From NCBI GenBank assembly GCA_030141605.1, contig JAQGDQ010000135.1:124001-188000 (forward strand): DNA of 64,000 bases, in the 5' to 3' direction. The notes beneath the pieces were generated by a model that saw only the letters and a program-made list of their open reading frames with translations, had not been told where the DNA came from and ran no database searches. This stretch comes from Tubiluchus corallicola. Lineage: Eukaryota; Animalia; Priapulida. A program made the position numbers and the translations under genes. Of the stretch, positions 35,447-50,400 are shown piece by piece; within the stretch, counting starts at the first letter, position 1, and each line of letters begins with the position of its first letter.

Positions 35447-38400
35447 TCAAAGTTTTTTTGCAAAGATTTTTTCTATCCTTCTAAACTCATCGGATGATGG
35501 AAGCAAATCGTAGTGTCGATGTTGGCTTGCTACACTTTTTGATAGGTCGAGAGGTTTTCCCCATAGTTTCTGCCTCAGTATTGCAAGTGCTTCACGATGG
35601 CTCTCCCCAAACTAGAAAGCAAAAAAGTAAAGCTTGTTATGGGATAATGGCAATGTTGTATGTGATTACTTAGACTGAACTAACCAGTTAATAACAGCAA
35701 AATTGTTATAATAAAATTATAAACTGATTCTGAGAACCATTAAGCTATGCCAGTCAATTAAATCAAAACTGCATTTGCACCTACCCTTGCAATGCTATGG
35801 GCAGGAAGATTTTTTAATATCAAGTTTTCTGAAAACTAATTGAAAGAAATTCCAATCAAAGATCTCATAATCCACCTTTGGAGCTAAATCAATTATAATC
35901 CATACCTTGCTATATTGACATGACACTACTACAGTCAAGAAAAAAGCTATATAAATTAATTTGCTGTAATAAAATTCATTCACTTATCATCGAAATAATA
36001 ACACAGCATTTGTTAACCGTAATGATTTGGAAGCTGCTAATATAGACAAAGTGGTACCTTGAACGTCTAATTGAACGCTACAAAAATAACTAAACAAAAC
36101 GATTGTGGCATGAGAACACTTTCAATGTTGTAGCACCATAAAAACGACTAGTCTTGAATAACAGTAGGTACTGAGAAAGGTTTGGCCTAATAAAATCTGA
36201 CAACAATTTTAAAATAATGTGGGTGTCTCAGAAGCCACTATATACCTTACATTTTTTAATAAACAACACCAAATGTTTGAAAATTGGTACAGATGAACTA
36301 AAACTTTAGGCAAATTAGTCAAACTGACTAAAACTAGTTTAATCTCTCACAGCTCATGAGTGTGAGGAGAGAGTGTAGGTTGTTGAGACTACATTGTTAA
36401 TAGTGAGAGAATAGTGTGGTCCATATATTGCTTTGAACTTCCACTGAATTTCAGTTGATAATTGAAGGATCCCAGATTTTGCACCTCATATCTAATGCTG
36501 CTGTTATCATCACCAGGTTCACGTTTCCAGGAAAAGAAATGCCTTTGATTCAGGCAAAAGCTTACTGACATTGGAAATTAAAGAAGAAAAAATAAAGTAA
36601 AAAAGAGAAGAAAAGATGTTTATACAGGAAAACTTGATTGAGCAAAGCTCATTTACAACAAGGTCCTGCTTAGTTGTTTTAAATTTAAAATTAAGAAAAA
36701 TAAATATATGTAAGGGCAGAAACAAAAAATTAGAAATTAATGTGTATAGTGAGTTTTGGGACACTCTATATTATATTTGAAAAAGTTCTTGAGTATGTAT
36801 ACAAGTACATTCATCTTGTCCTAACACTTAGCTAGGTTAACATAATGAACATATTATTGTGACACAGACTTTATATTTTTGCCATAGAAAAACTACGTAA
36901 TATAAAAGAAGAAGATTAAAAGTTACCTTCCCGGTACAACAAAATATTAATAAATCACAAAGCTTGCTGTTGTATGATACATTTTAATTAAAGCTATCAT
37001 AAAATGATCAGTTTATGTTTTAACAAGATATTAATGTTGCATATGAGCCCACTAAATGCAACTTAATAAAAAAGTAAACCTTGAAAAGTTTCTGTCCGGT
37101 CGTCAGCAGTTCTTCGTGATGTTCCATAGTGTTTGATACAGTCGAGGTAGAACTGGTCGAGCTATGTTTATAGTTATGGAAAGTAACATGTTAAAATGTA
37201 GACATAGTACTTAAAAAACTTAACAATTATTTCTCTATATTTCCACAAAACAAATCGACTTACAGCAATTGTTGGAGAGTTTGTAATTTCCCGCAGACAG
37301 TAACTAGCAAAGCAGTTCACACTTGCAAGTTCACTGATAGGCAGAAGACTTGAGATTGAAAATTCGCTAGTCTGAACGAGCCGTTATGACTGATGTGTAT
37401 TTAATGGAAACCTAAAACTATAATACCAAGTGAGATAAAGATTTTCTTTTTAGGTCTTATCACCTCTATATTCTCCTTCACCCATTATTGATCATTTCAT
37501 TTATGTTATCAGTTCTGTTAGAACCAGTACCTTGTTCAAAGCAGAAGATATACACACTTTCATTCCATTTCATATGCGCACATGCAATTGCACATAGTTA
37601 TTAGTAATTTCAACAAAGACAATTTTAAAGGATACTCATTGCACACTGGGTCTTGTCCTTCTATAGATAAAACTGGACAATGTCTTCCTGTCTCCTTCTC
37701 AACTGTCTCTGAACTTTCATTCTGAAGAGATGGTGGAAGGAAAGTGAGTTCAGTAACATGAAAGCCAAGACTCTTTAACGCATCATTTAACTCTTGGCGT
37801 GTGCCACTTATTTCAGAGTCAGTAGCATTGGTCTCCTGTTGTGTGAATGATTCCTCAGCATGCAAGCTTTGGTTTGAGTTGAAGGATGTGCCTGGAGATC
37901 CAGTCACCGTATTTTCAAAAACTTTGGCAACATCATCGGCGAATTTCACAGGACATTTATCATCGTCTATGACTTCATCAGAGAACGACGAATTATTGTC
38001 CGTATCCACGCTAAACTGTTGTGAATCATGGATTGCACTTGAATGCCCAGTCATTATTTCTGCAGGTAAAATGGAATGGCTGATTATATCAGAATTACTA
38101 ACAGCCTCGGCCTGTAATTTCACATTTACAGTTTCATTTTGTGCACCAAGAAATGGCGGCTCTCCAGAAATGGTGTAGTTTTCCTTTTTCTCGACAATAA
38201 GTTGATCCTCATTCTGCCCATTCGTGGATTTAGAAGGAATTACCAGTTCTCTGATGTGACTGAGAATGTCCATCACATCAGTGTCAGATTCACTTTCAAC
38301 TACTGAGTTATGTTCGGCATCTTGGTGTTGGTCATCAGCACTAAAGGCACGATCATCTAAATTATCAAGAGAATTGGCTTTCACTTCATTAGAACTGATA

Positions 38401-41400
38401 GCATTTTCAGCTAAATCCGCATCAGATTTTTCTTTCGCATTGTAGGAGACTTTTGGGGCATCAATAGCCAAATGAACTTTTGCACACATCACTTCTTCAA
38501 TATCTTTATTATTGTGAATGTTCCAAGTGCTTGCTAATTCACCTGAAGCTTTTTGCTTAACAAACACTGATTTACTTTGATAAGTTAACGTATCATTGTT
38601 ATTTGAACTGGAACATTTAGGCATCATGTCAGCAGCTTTCTGCCTCTGAGTAATCAATCTATTGTCACCAGTTGTGTCTACTTTAATAAGTCCTACATCT
38701 TGAACTTGGTGATCGCAGTTCTCGTTGGGCTGTTTCAAAACAGTACTGAAAGTCTTATGGCTGTCTTCAACTGCAGTTCGATGGTCGATAACTAGATTTT
38801 TTTGGCAGTTATCTGAATTCGTTTGCTCAGTGTGTGTTTTTTGCTTTTTGGAGTCTACTGCCTTTTTACAAATTGTAGCATGCTTAACATTTTGATTTCT
38901 CTGTTCGTTGCCAGTTTTTAGTTTGCGCGGAACGGCGCTATAAGACTTTTGTCTACAATCGACCAATTCGTTTTTGTCACTTATGCCACCAATATTTAAA
39001 TTTTGCAAATTACGATCAATTTTTGGTTCTTTAGAAATCGTAACAGATGTTTTTATTGCACTAGCAGCTGATGGCTTTTTATGTTTATTATTCAGCACTT
39101 CAGTAACACTGTCTTCATTACCGCGTTCCAGGGTGCTCGGAGTTAATTGTTTTTGAGACTTTGCTGGCCGAGTTGACTTAACTGTAGAACTGATATTACT
39201 TCTATGAGTTTTGTTAACTCTGGCTCTCACTGAAGGGGAGACATCAGGTATGCAAGTTATACCATCAACTATATCAATCTCTGCTAAGTTACTGGCTTCT
39301 TTGGCCTTGAGAAAGTAAGAATTCTGATTAGTAGAGACCTTTCTAGAAGCAGCTGCATGACTGGGTAAAGAATCATTGGTTTCTGTGCAGAACGGTTGTT
39401 CATAATCTATATGTCCTGTTACTGATGCAGTTAGAATATCATTGCAACTTCCGACGTTATTGTCAGTTGCATCCTCATGCATTCTGTAAGTTTGTGCATC
39501 AATTACACCATTCTCGCATTCTGATGCTAAGCTCAGCCCCGAAAATGACAAAGTAGTTGTCAGGTTTATAACACTGCTCTGGAGAGAAGCAGCTTCTATA
39601 TCTTCGAGTGCTGCATTTCGTCTGTCCTCTCCTTTATCAGCATCAACATTTAGGACAGGATCATGAAATACAGCAGAGCTTGAGGGTGTAATGCTACCTT
39701 CATCTGGAGAACCAAAAGCCCTTGATTTAATTACAGCTGTTAATTCTTTTTTGAATTTAGGTTCACCTGACAACTTGCTACGAGTTTCTTGCTGACAATT
39801 TTTTTCTGGCATGCACGATTTAGCAAGCATTGGTTTGTGCTTTTTTCTTGTTTTTGGCAGTGACTGCTCAACCTGTATGGGATGTTCGATAATGCCAGGA
39901 CAAGCTTCAGTGATAGAAACACTGGCGATATTCTTATAACTATCGTCACATGCATCGTACACTACATCTTCACATTCAGCTGTCCTTGTCAATTTAGTAT
40001 TGTTTCTGTCATAATGTTCAAGAAGGTCGTACTCAGGGTGGCTGAAGTTGATAACCAAGTCATCAAAATTCTGCCGGTGAAAACGTTCTTTTAAACCTAA
40101 TTGTAGATCGTCTAATTCTGCTAGCTTATGCTTCAAATCTCCTAAAAGCAAGGAATGGGATGCATCACCAGACCCCAAGTCAGCTACCTGAATGGGTTGA
40201 TGCTTTGGAAGTTGGGAGATGTCCCTGCGAAGTTTAGTCAGAGGTCTCCGTAATCGATTTGCAGTTTTGGGCATTTCGTAGTCTGCTGAAGCCGATAAAG
40301 GTTTTTGTCTTTGAAGGGTGAGAAGACTTTGTGAGCCCTGGGGCTTTTGAGTATGCAACGTTTTATGATCAGCCAGCGAGTGCTCACTTTTAGCAGACCG
40401 TACAGCTTTGTGATACCAACGCACGTTTTCAAGGTGTTCTGCTGCATGTTGAACAGAGGGCACTGTTTCACTATCTGCATGACTTGTAGGAGGACTTGAC
40501 TGAGAACATACACTAGCAGCTGCTCTAGCTGTTGATTGTTGCTCTACATTGTCCAAACATGCCATTGGATGAACAGCAACCTAAAATTGAATAAAAAGTT
40601 ATATACAAAACAAAAGTATATAATTTCTTGTCTCCTGCTGAACAAATCCAGCTGGGGGTAACTCTTGCTCAGTATTACCTGAAATTTACTAGTCTAATTT
40701 TTTTTTAGAAATTTTTATACTTTTATGACAATGACAGTGCACTGCTTTCCTTCTATTGACAATACGACATTATACATCCAAAAATAAATGTGCCCAGGCA
40801 TGAAATGATTGCACAAAGTAATTTTGGTAATTAAATGAAGTGCTTATCGCACTTTTACACTTGAAACTTTTTAACATTTTTCATGTGCATTAAAATAAAC
40901 CCAGTTTCAAGGGAGCCTTGGCTTTTCTTTTAATATAATTGAACGGAGGAAGAACTGCTTACCTTCACCTGACCTTGGCAATCTCCACTGAAATCAAATA
41001 TGTTATACCAGCCATGTATGTGCTGAAAACCATGTAAAAGTGGAGACAGGTCAACATGGGCAAATCCAACATGGTTCTTTTCAGTGCATGATGCAGAGCT
41101 TAATGGTTCTGCCTTGTTCCACAACTTTAACAGTAAACCCTAGAATATAACCACTCAGATTTATAGAACTTACCATCTACATTTAACCTTTGTAACAAAC
41201 ATCTGGTTTTGTGACAAACAAATTGAGAATTTAGCATTATTAAACATTCAAGACATTACTACATTTTTGTAGCAATTCTGTTGTAGGGGTGAAAAGTGAT
41301 TTACTTTTTAGACAAGCCAAGACAGATGTAGCCTTTTTTCACAGTGACCGCAATTGCACAAAAAACACACTGTGTCAATTGGTGTAAAATATACCTTATG

Positions 41401-44400
41401 GTGTGCTAGAATGTCTCGATTTAAACAAGTCTCCGTTTGAAATTTCCAGCTAGGCAAAGATGTGGCTTTTACATATGGAGTAGAATGTGGCCGCCCATAA
41501 CCATCGGTGAATGTCACAAACACAGATCCACTGCATAAGAAAAAAAAACTTCATTGGATCATTCATAAAATTATAATTAAATTGTAATGCTAAGTAGTTA
41601 TAAGGGTTATAAGTTTGCAAATGTTAGCAACCACTGTTGTACGTTATAAGAAGATATGAACAGCATTTTCTTGCAAAGGACATGTTTAGGTCAGCAGGTA
41701 CTAGAAGGCTCATAACTATACCACTAAAATCACGAAAACTTGGTGATGAAGCTATATGGGTAATAAAATAAATAAACTTAACTAAATTAAGTTGAGCAAA
41801 TTTGGTACAGCACAAAGGGCTATGCTCTGGTACTGCTGTGAATGAATGTTAAATTACACAATATATATGCTTGCCTGTACTGGCTTAGATAGAATGTGCA
41901 TCGATTACGAATTGAAAAAACGAAAATAAACAGACACCAAAGCAAAAATCAGTTCTGGTGTAAAAAGGTGCAGTATCTGTATAGAGGTCTATTACGCTAC
42001 AGTAAGATAATCATAGATAATTAAAAGGTGTAAATTTAATGTATTGATGTATCATATGTTTCATTTACTTTTTGATTATGTTTGTTCCTGTGCACATGTT
42101 ATTTAGTCGTCTGTTTATAGTAATGTATATTTTAATGTAGAGGCAAGTGAAATTAGTGATGTACGGCTACTGCAAGAGTGAATGAATTTTATCTTATCTT
42201 AGCTTATCTTTATTTAAAACAAGACTCATGTCTGAGTCATGGCCACACATAAAAGAAATGATGCTATTCATCTCTGGGCAAACGCATAACTATCAGTTAA
42301 GATCATATTGCATCGAACAACATCATGTTATCGAAACCTACCTGTTCAATTTTACGTTAGAAGCCCTTTCAATAACCACTTGTACCTGGAACAAATTTTG
42401 TTCCTCAGTATCAATCAATATTGTGCTTTCGTTCTTTTCTTCACCTTTGCTTTGCACATCACAATTGGTCTCCACTTGAATTTCCTGTTAAGATGAAAAC
42501 AATATTTTTGAGCACAGGCATAGCAGGGCTGTAATGATACACCTAGGTAAATTACATCTAAGTCACGATATGATACACATAACGATATTAACCTCATGAT
42601 ATGATACGCATGGTGATACAAGCGAGTTAATGTTTACAGACTTTATACAAAACTAGATGAAGCTCTTGATAATAAATGCTACACATTTTATCATTCAACA
42701 GTTTTAAGATTGCTAAGTGGTAAAATGACTCCAAAAATTGTATGATTTTTATTTATGACTTGTGCAATGTGTAGAATATAGTTTGCATCATAAGCCACCA
42801 GAAAAGTAAAACATTTCAATAATTTAAGTCTAAAAGTTGCTTGTGCATTTTCTGGTTCATGTTTGCCGTTTCAAAAGGTTATATGTAAACAGAGTACTAA
42901 CCTACAGATTAAACACCTTGCATTTTCAACTGCTTTGCCTGCTTACAGTGCCTGTGTCACTCACTGCACTAACTGAGAACGATCTACAGTACACTCTACA
43001 GCTGCAGCTTGAATTACTTCACAACGTTTTTATCAGCATACGGTCAAGAGTGTGCTAATTTACTAAATATGATATGCAGATTAACATGATACGGGCGCAC
43101 TTTTGCGATATCCATATCGTAATAAAAGATATCACCATGTTACAGGACTAAAGCAAAGTGAAAGAAAAGAGGTCGTACCCATACAACAGTTTTTAATGTA
43201 TGGGAAACTTACATTGGTTATCCAACCAAGCACAAATAATTACAAAAGTTGCACATACCTCTTTATCTTCACTCCATTCTGAACCGTCTTCTGAATTTAC
43301 ACTGACAAAGTGAGTGTAACTTAAATTAGGTGCTTCGTAATTATTATCAGAATCTTTACTGGGTTCACCTTCTCTCTCCTAAAATTTGAAACATATTCAA
43401 GAATCTATTCTGCTTTGTTGCAGATAATTGTAAATAATTGTCTGGTTAGTTTATTTGTTAAAAGTACAGCAAACAGAGGTAAGCATTCTCTACCAGAAAG
43501 CAAATTTGATTGTGATTCAAATTCTAATTCAGTTTTTAAAGATTTTCAAATCATTAATAAAAAAGTGGTCTCACAAAGATCGTGTATGTTACTCGAGTGT
43601 ATTTTGCAGTAAAAACACTAATAATTTGCTTAAAAATTGCGGACAGAAATTGAAACTAAACCGTGCTGATTGCATGATGTTTCAAATGTTTTAATTATAA
43701 AGAACGCAAGTAATTGAAGTGCTGAATTATTCCAATTCATAATTTTGCAATTGCATTGAATTCAAACTAAAAAAGTTCGTTTGAATCAAATCAAACATTT
43801 GATGCTCAACTCTAAAAACCACAGCCTGAGGGACAAAAAAGTAATGCGAAAAACTGAAACTGAACCTGATCCTGTGTGCCAAAAATCCTCGCCAATTTGC
43901 TAGGTACAAGGGTAAAATTACATTCTAACGATTCCTGTTTCTGCGATAATGGCTAACTAATTCATTACTACTTAAAACCATAATTAACCAACCAACAAAC
44001 CAACCAACCAACCAACCAGACAACCAATCAACAAACAAATAAACTAACTAACTAAGATAACTAATAGCCAGTAATTACATACAATTTAATTTCAAGAATA
44101 TCTGCTCAGTTGTACTTCTACTCAGAGTATAGGTTAAGTGTAGAAGATTTATAAAAAAGCTACATTCGTTTTATTAGAAAACATAAGAACGATATCATGC
44201 CCATTGCCTAAACAGAAAAGCTTGACCAGAAACGGATAAGAACAAATGCATGTTAATACTAAGTACAATAATGAATCAAAATGTAGTACCTTATCTTCTT
44301 TGCGTATCTGACTGGCTTCAACTGACAACTGAACTCTGACAAAGCTGTCTCCCAAGTCATCAACACCGGGCTTGAATAAAGCCTGGACACAGCTAATAGG

Positions 44401-47400
44401 TTTTGCATTTTCACTTAGTAATGAAGACATATCAATAAAAGCTGTTCCGCACAGTCTATCATAACTAGAAGGTCTAATTCGTTTGTCGTTGTTGTTTGTT
44501 AACCACAGTTGAATTTGAAGTTTCTCTTCACCGAGATACCTGGATGAAATAGATTAGTTATTATTGCAGGCCGCTGCTTGCAAGGATTTGCAGTTGTAGT
44601 ACTGAGATTTGAAAAACACAAGTGCAGAAATATATGTGTAAAATGGCATAGATATTTAATTTTGAACATGTCTGCACAGTCTGCATTATTGATAAAAATA
44701 TGAATAAAAATGTATTATAATTATGCTTTTAGAATGTGTTTTTCACATATCTATCTCAGTATATCTATCAAGTGCAAATACAAGAATCAATAGCTTGAAA
44801 CAATCAATTATCCAGCTATTCAAACAGAAAAAGATGCAAAAAATTCAGTTCAATTATTATAAATTCATTGCTTGTTAAAAATGAAGAAGTTATAGTTGAC
44901 ATTGACATGTAAAGGAATCTGTTTATATAGTTTCATTATTTGGCATGCAATGAAACTTTTCAATGCAATCATTAGAAGATTCTTGCTCATCGAAAATTTT
45001 CAGGTTATATAAGCCTACTTTTTTACTTTATTCTAGAAGTTTAATTGCAAGAAATGGAACAACAGTTTTATTACTTGTACTTGTAGTCTATCAAATTTCT
45101 GGGTTATAATTTGGAAGAATGTTTCCGTGCAAATTAACATCTATTTGCAATCTCTTCGATCTCGTTAGCTGATACAAATTGCAGCACCTGCAGATATTAA
45201 CTTATTCTCGTTACTGGTTAATTTGGCTTTAAATTATATACAGGCAACAAGAAAAACATTTTATTTTGTCATCAAGATGCAAAAAGTAAGTAAACTTACC
45301 ACACAGAGGCACTGTTCAACTGTAGCTGAAAACTGTGTCGATCACGAAGCATCACCAACACTTTCTTCTCATTTTGCGGTACTGATACTAGCCTGGTACA
45401 GACTGGATCATTGTTGTAAACCTTGTACCTGGCATACATATATAGCTGCTTTTCTTGCCATATCCTTTGAAAACTATTAACGTTCATTTGCAATGTATCT
45501 ATAATGACTGTCATCACTTGCAGACTAGACTGCCCTAAAAATAACACAATATCAGAGTAGAACAGGAACATTGAATTAAAAAATTCATTCCCCTGCTGTG
45601 ACAAGAAGTATGACAAAAATCATTCAAATTCACTGACAGTAAATTGAGTTTATGTAATCATGAATGAAGACTGTACTGAAACTTGCATGATTCAAAGTAT
45701 GGTTACCAAAATTTCTCTTGATAATTACTATTTGATTAACTCACCTCACGTTATGCAGCATGCATTAAACACATTTGTAATTTTGCTTTTTTACACAAGC
45801 ATAAAACAATTACAAGAAAAGAGCATTGTCATAATTGTTATATACTATATACGATACTAACCTGCAGAAGTTCTCTCCAAAGTTCGTTTCATCACCCATC
45901 CTCTCTTGAAACTTTCGTCCATAACAACTTTTAAATCTTCTGATTTGCTGAAATTAAATGTGACTTCCACACCACCACAACAGTGGCCATCTGTCAATGA
46001 CTGATTTGCACATCCACCGGCAGATGGCAGCAGAATAGGAAACCATCCTCTTATACCTGCAATAAAGAGTTTATATTTACAATTTGAAATTTGAAAAAAA
46101 GCAAAAGTTTGGGATATACGATGTATAACCCAAAGCTTCTCTGTTTTTTTATTTATGGATATTAAAAAAACTGACATTTACTTCAAATGAAGAAAAGCAA
46201 AGACTGATAATATCGATAAAATTCCTTATTCTACAACATCTAATTTGACCAGTCGTATTTAAAGGAACCACAAAGGACTGATTGTGCTACATGCCACTTC
46301 TTATTTACACAGAATATATGTTTCTCATCAGACTGTACTAAGCTTAGGGTTTCGTATATTTTGAACTGAGGGCATCCTACGAAACACAATGAGCAAGCTC
46401 CTATCAATATGGTAAGAAAAACAAATAGGTTGTTCAAGAAAATGTTAAAAAAGCAAGAAGATGTTTGAGTTACCACTATAACTTCAAAATTTGCAAGAGT
46501 ACACAAAAAAAAACCCTGTAAATAGGAAATAGGAAGTAACACTGAGGAATAGAAAAATATCAGACCGACAACATAGCTAATTCTGTTCTTCGTTGTCAGT
46601 CAAAATATTACTATAACAGATTACCAGTTTGCTTAGTGAGAAGGTCATAAAGAGGAACAGTTGCCACACCCAGAAGTTCATCCAAGCCTTCCTGATCATG
46701 AACAACTTGATGCCAGAGCTCTATCTCGGCACAGGAATGTTCCAATATGGCTGCCAAACTGACTATGGCCCCATTATTTGCAGTTACGTGGAGCGGACAA
46801 GCCATTTCGGTACTGAATGAATACTCAGGGCAAAATGACTTGGCAACCGCACGTGTTTTCTTTGGTTCCTATACAAGAACACAATTGAAACAATAAAAAA
46901 GCTGTTGCTTAAATTGAAAAATGTACGAACCAATGGCTAATGGTGAAAAACAGCAGAAAATTTCTTCAAACTTGAAAAGACTTAAAAAGCACATGTCGCG
47001 ACCTGCTTACGGAATTATACACTGAACAATCATGCGCTGATAACTTTCCTTGAGGCAACGAAATGGATTTAACTTCATAGTCAAGTTACTGCAATTAGTG
47101 CATTTACTTGAAAACCCCCTCTTTTCCTTTTTCTTACTAAGAGGGCATGAGTGTAAAAAAAGATGGTAAAGAACGGTATAAAGTGGTACAAAAGTAAAAA
47201 GTGACACAAACATGTTCTTGTCTCAGTGTAAAGACACCTTGTTACAATTTCTAAAAAGAATTACTATAATTTTTGCCTTTTTTAACGTACTCGCATAGAT
47301 TCAGTAACCTGCGTATCATAATTATTTTAATGGAAGTGGTGCTGACAACCCACTGGCATAGCAGTGCCTAGTACACACAGGGCAATGTTTTATATTAAAA

Positions 47401-50400
47401 CCGATTGTCTGTAAAAGATGTGTATCAGGACCAGATGATTGACAATTTTAATTGTTTCAGTTGTTTGACTCTAGCAGTAGGACTGACTGCATTTTCAGAA
47501 TCAATTAATCGGATAGACAACCAGTTAAACAATTGATTATCACCGGTTTTTAGCTGCTTTCTGCTATTTTATGCGAAAGCAAGTGCACATGAAAACCCCA
47601 TGTTTGTGCTCACCAGAAACATTTTTGTCTAAATGTCAATGCCAGTGCTTCAAAAGTAACGGAACAATGGTAGCATCATATTTATTTTATCCCAATTACG
47701 GCTATTCTGTCATGGATTTTATGGATTTTCTGAAGAATAAGTGAAAATGGCATTGGTACTACAATCAATTTACATCGAGAGCTGAAAAAAAATCGTTGAT
47801 TGGAATTAAAAGCAGAAAATGATTATAATTGATTTATCAGTCATACCATCAGACTAGTTAACATGCTTACCTTAGATAGTAGACTGGGTAAATGTAAAAC
47901 AGCATAACCATTCACTCCAGTGCTGCTTGGATATTCCATTTTCCTGTTATTTCGTGCCAGTGACATGGCTGCAGCCTTTAATCCAGTTGCCTGAATTATT
48001 TGAACTGTTAAGCTCACTGTATCAGAAGCACTGGCTTTTAAACTTGTACTCGGCAGTGAGACTTTCATGCAAGTGTATTTTATGTTGACATCAATAAGTC
48101 CAGGAATAGCCGGCTAGTAAAAATACAAGTAGTATTAAAGTTGTATTACAAAATTTTAAACAAAGGTGGAGAAGTCATATGTGAAGAAAGGCCTGGTACA
48201 ATAAAAGAACTGATCCTTTATTATCCCTATGACTCTGGTAATTTGATTTTGAGCATTTTCTTCTTTTGAATACAGATTGGGCCACCGTAGACTCTGACAA
48301 AGCCTATGACTAGTGTTGATTGTTTATAGCTAGTTATCAAAGAAGAGACACTGGCAGAAGTGTTTAAGATATGAAATCTCTCACAAGCAGTTTTCTTGAC
48401 GGTCACCTATCCATTTACTAACTAGACTAGGTACTTTCTAGCCAATCACACAATCAGTTATTGTTCTAACTGTTTGAAAATTAAAGCAAGGAAAAAGAAA
48501 GTAAGAGAAAATATAAAAATTCTCTTACTAGTTCAGTGAAGCAGATACTTTTTAGCAAATTTTGAAATTTACACAAAAACAACATGACAGCTTGGCTATA
48601 TGTACAATTTGCTGGTATTCATTTACCAAGTAACATTGCAAGTAGAAGCATAAAGATTTACATGATTTGCTACCTGATTTAATGAAACTGCTTTAGACAT
48701 GTAATAAAGAGGAAGACTCGTGTTTTGTTCGTGAACTTCGCCGTGTTTCCCCAGTGTTACCATAGCACACAGCTTTGCTAGTGGAAGAGTTGCCTTAAAC
48801 CAGACAAAGTAGTAAATTAGATGTTAAAATAAATGAAATTTACTTTAGTGTTATGATGTCACAGTACATAAAAATATTTAGATGGGCAGAATATGTTGTG
48901 AAAGTTTAAAGTACCAAATTACATAAAATCAGAAACTTGGCATAGAAAATTTGTAAGCAAGAAAACGTCTAAATACCATTTCAAAATAATTTCCTTTGTA
49001 CAAAAGCATAAAGATGTAATGCTGTTAGCAGTTTTTTCTTTTGGGATAAGTACAAGTTTCAGTACAATACAAAGAAATCCTGACACACCTTAGCTATAAC
49101 TTGGTCGCGTATGTTGGGATGGTAGAAACGACACCAAACTTCAAATGGGAGACAGCCGCTAGAATCGCAAGTTCCAGCAAATGCAGTAAGAAGCTCTCGT
49201 TGCACCGGAATGTTGGACGGCAAAGTCAGTCGATGAATCTTGATACTGTTAAGCGTTGGATCAGGAATACAAAGTGCTGTGACAGTTTTGAATTCTTGTA
49301 ATTTCAGTGATCCTGTTAATGACAAATAACAATAGATAGATTTACAAACAGACGCAGTGCTCGGAACATCTGCTTTTTTCTCATCTGCCTTGAATCTACT
49401 ACATCTACTTTTGCAACATCTACGTGTATTATTATCCACCTTTCTTCAACATCTACATCTACATTATCTACTTTGGTACTTACAGGAAATTAAAATCTTC
49501 CTTGCATGTTACGAACCAAGACTGAGGTCATGTTAATCATAACAGCAAAAGTAGGCTGGGAATTGTTGTTATTATTGAGGCTTATGTGGTCATTTCTTTC
49601 CATGAGCAATTACAACCCGTTGTTAGATACTTCGTGTTCTTAAAAATCTATACCTTGTTTTTCCAATTATCTGAGAAAAATTACCAGGCCATTATCAGTT
49701 CATTATAAATTGACCATAGTTAGCAAATTCAGATTTATCATAATTATCTTTTCTGGGAAAAAAAATTTCAGTGGCATGTTAACACTACCAGTGCCTGTTT
49801 ACGTCTAATAATCCTTTACTAATTAAATAAGTGGCTTGACGATTGTCTAGTAAGCAGAACCAAAAATGTGGACATCAGTAAATTGTTTGATTTTTTCTTA
49901 TAATTATTCTATCAGCATTTATTAAAAAGTTGCTGGTTTTCTAGATTTAGTTTTTAAATATTGCGCTCTGTATGTATCCATCTTGCAATTTTCTTGGCCG
50001 TTGGATGGCGCCACGTTTCTGATAGATGCGTGTTTTTCTTATGATCGAGGTTGTCAGTAGAAAATATTCTAATTCTAATCAATATCAACTATTTAATACA
50101 CTATTATAAGTTTTTGACAACTGTTAGTTTCCGTATATTGCTGTTAGTTTTTCAAAATTTTATACATTTTGTTCATGCATTAAATAGCAGTCATTCGTGT
50201 ATCGTGTAGGGTGTATCAAACACTGCATACGGCCAATGTAGTAAATATTTAAAAAGCAGCCAATAAAATAGGAATAATACGAAAGAAAAGTTACCAACAG
50301 CATCACGTTCGTCACTAACAGGAAAGAGGTACTTGACGAAACAATCGGCCTCTCCCCATATCATCTCTCCTGGCAAAATGAGACCTCGTATTCCCTGAAC

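Noticed and set aside
37560-40565. 1001-aa ORF as a standalone novel gene
   Set aside because: It has an acceptor at 40581 in frame with the last C2-domain exon, contains C2CD3 motifs and ends at a U12 donor; it is an internal C2CD3 exon.
45075-45187. Exon-like segment after CTGCAG acceptor in a C2CD3 intron
   Set aside because: Stops in all three frames; the flanking exons join directly (SVW|YLGEEKL), matching the conserved sequence.
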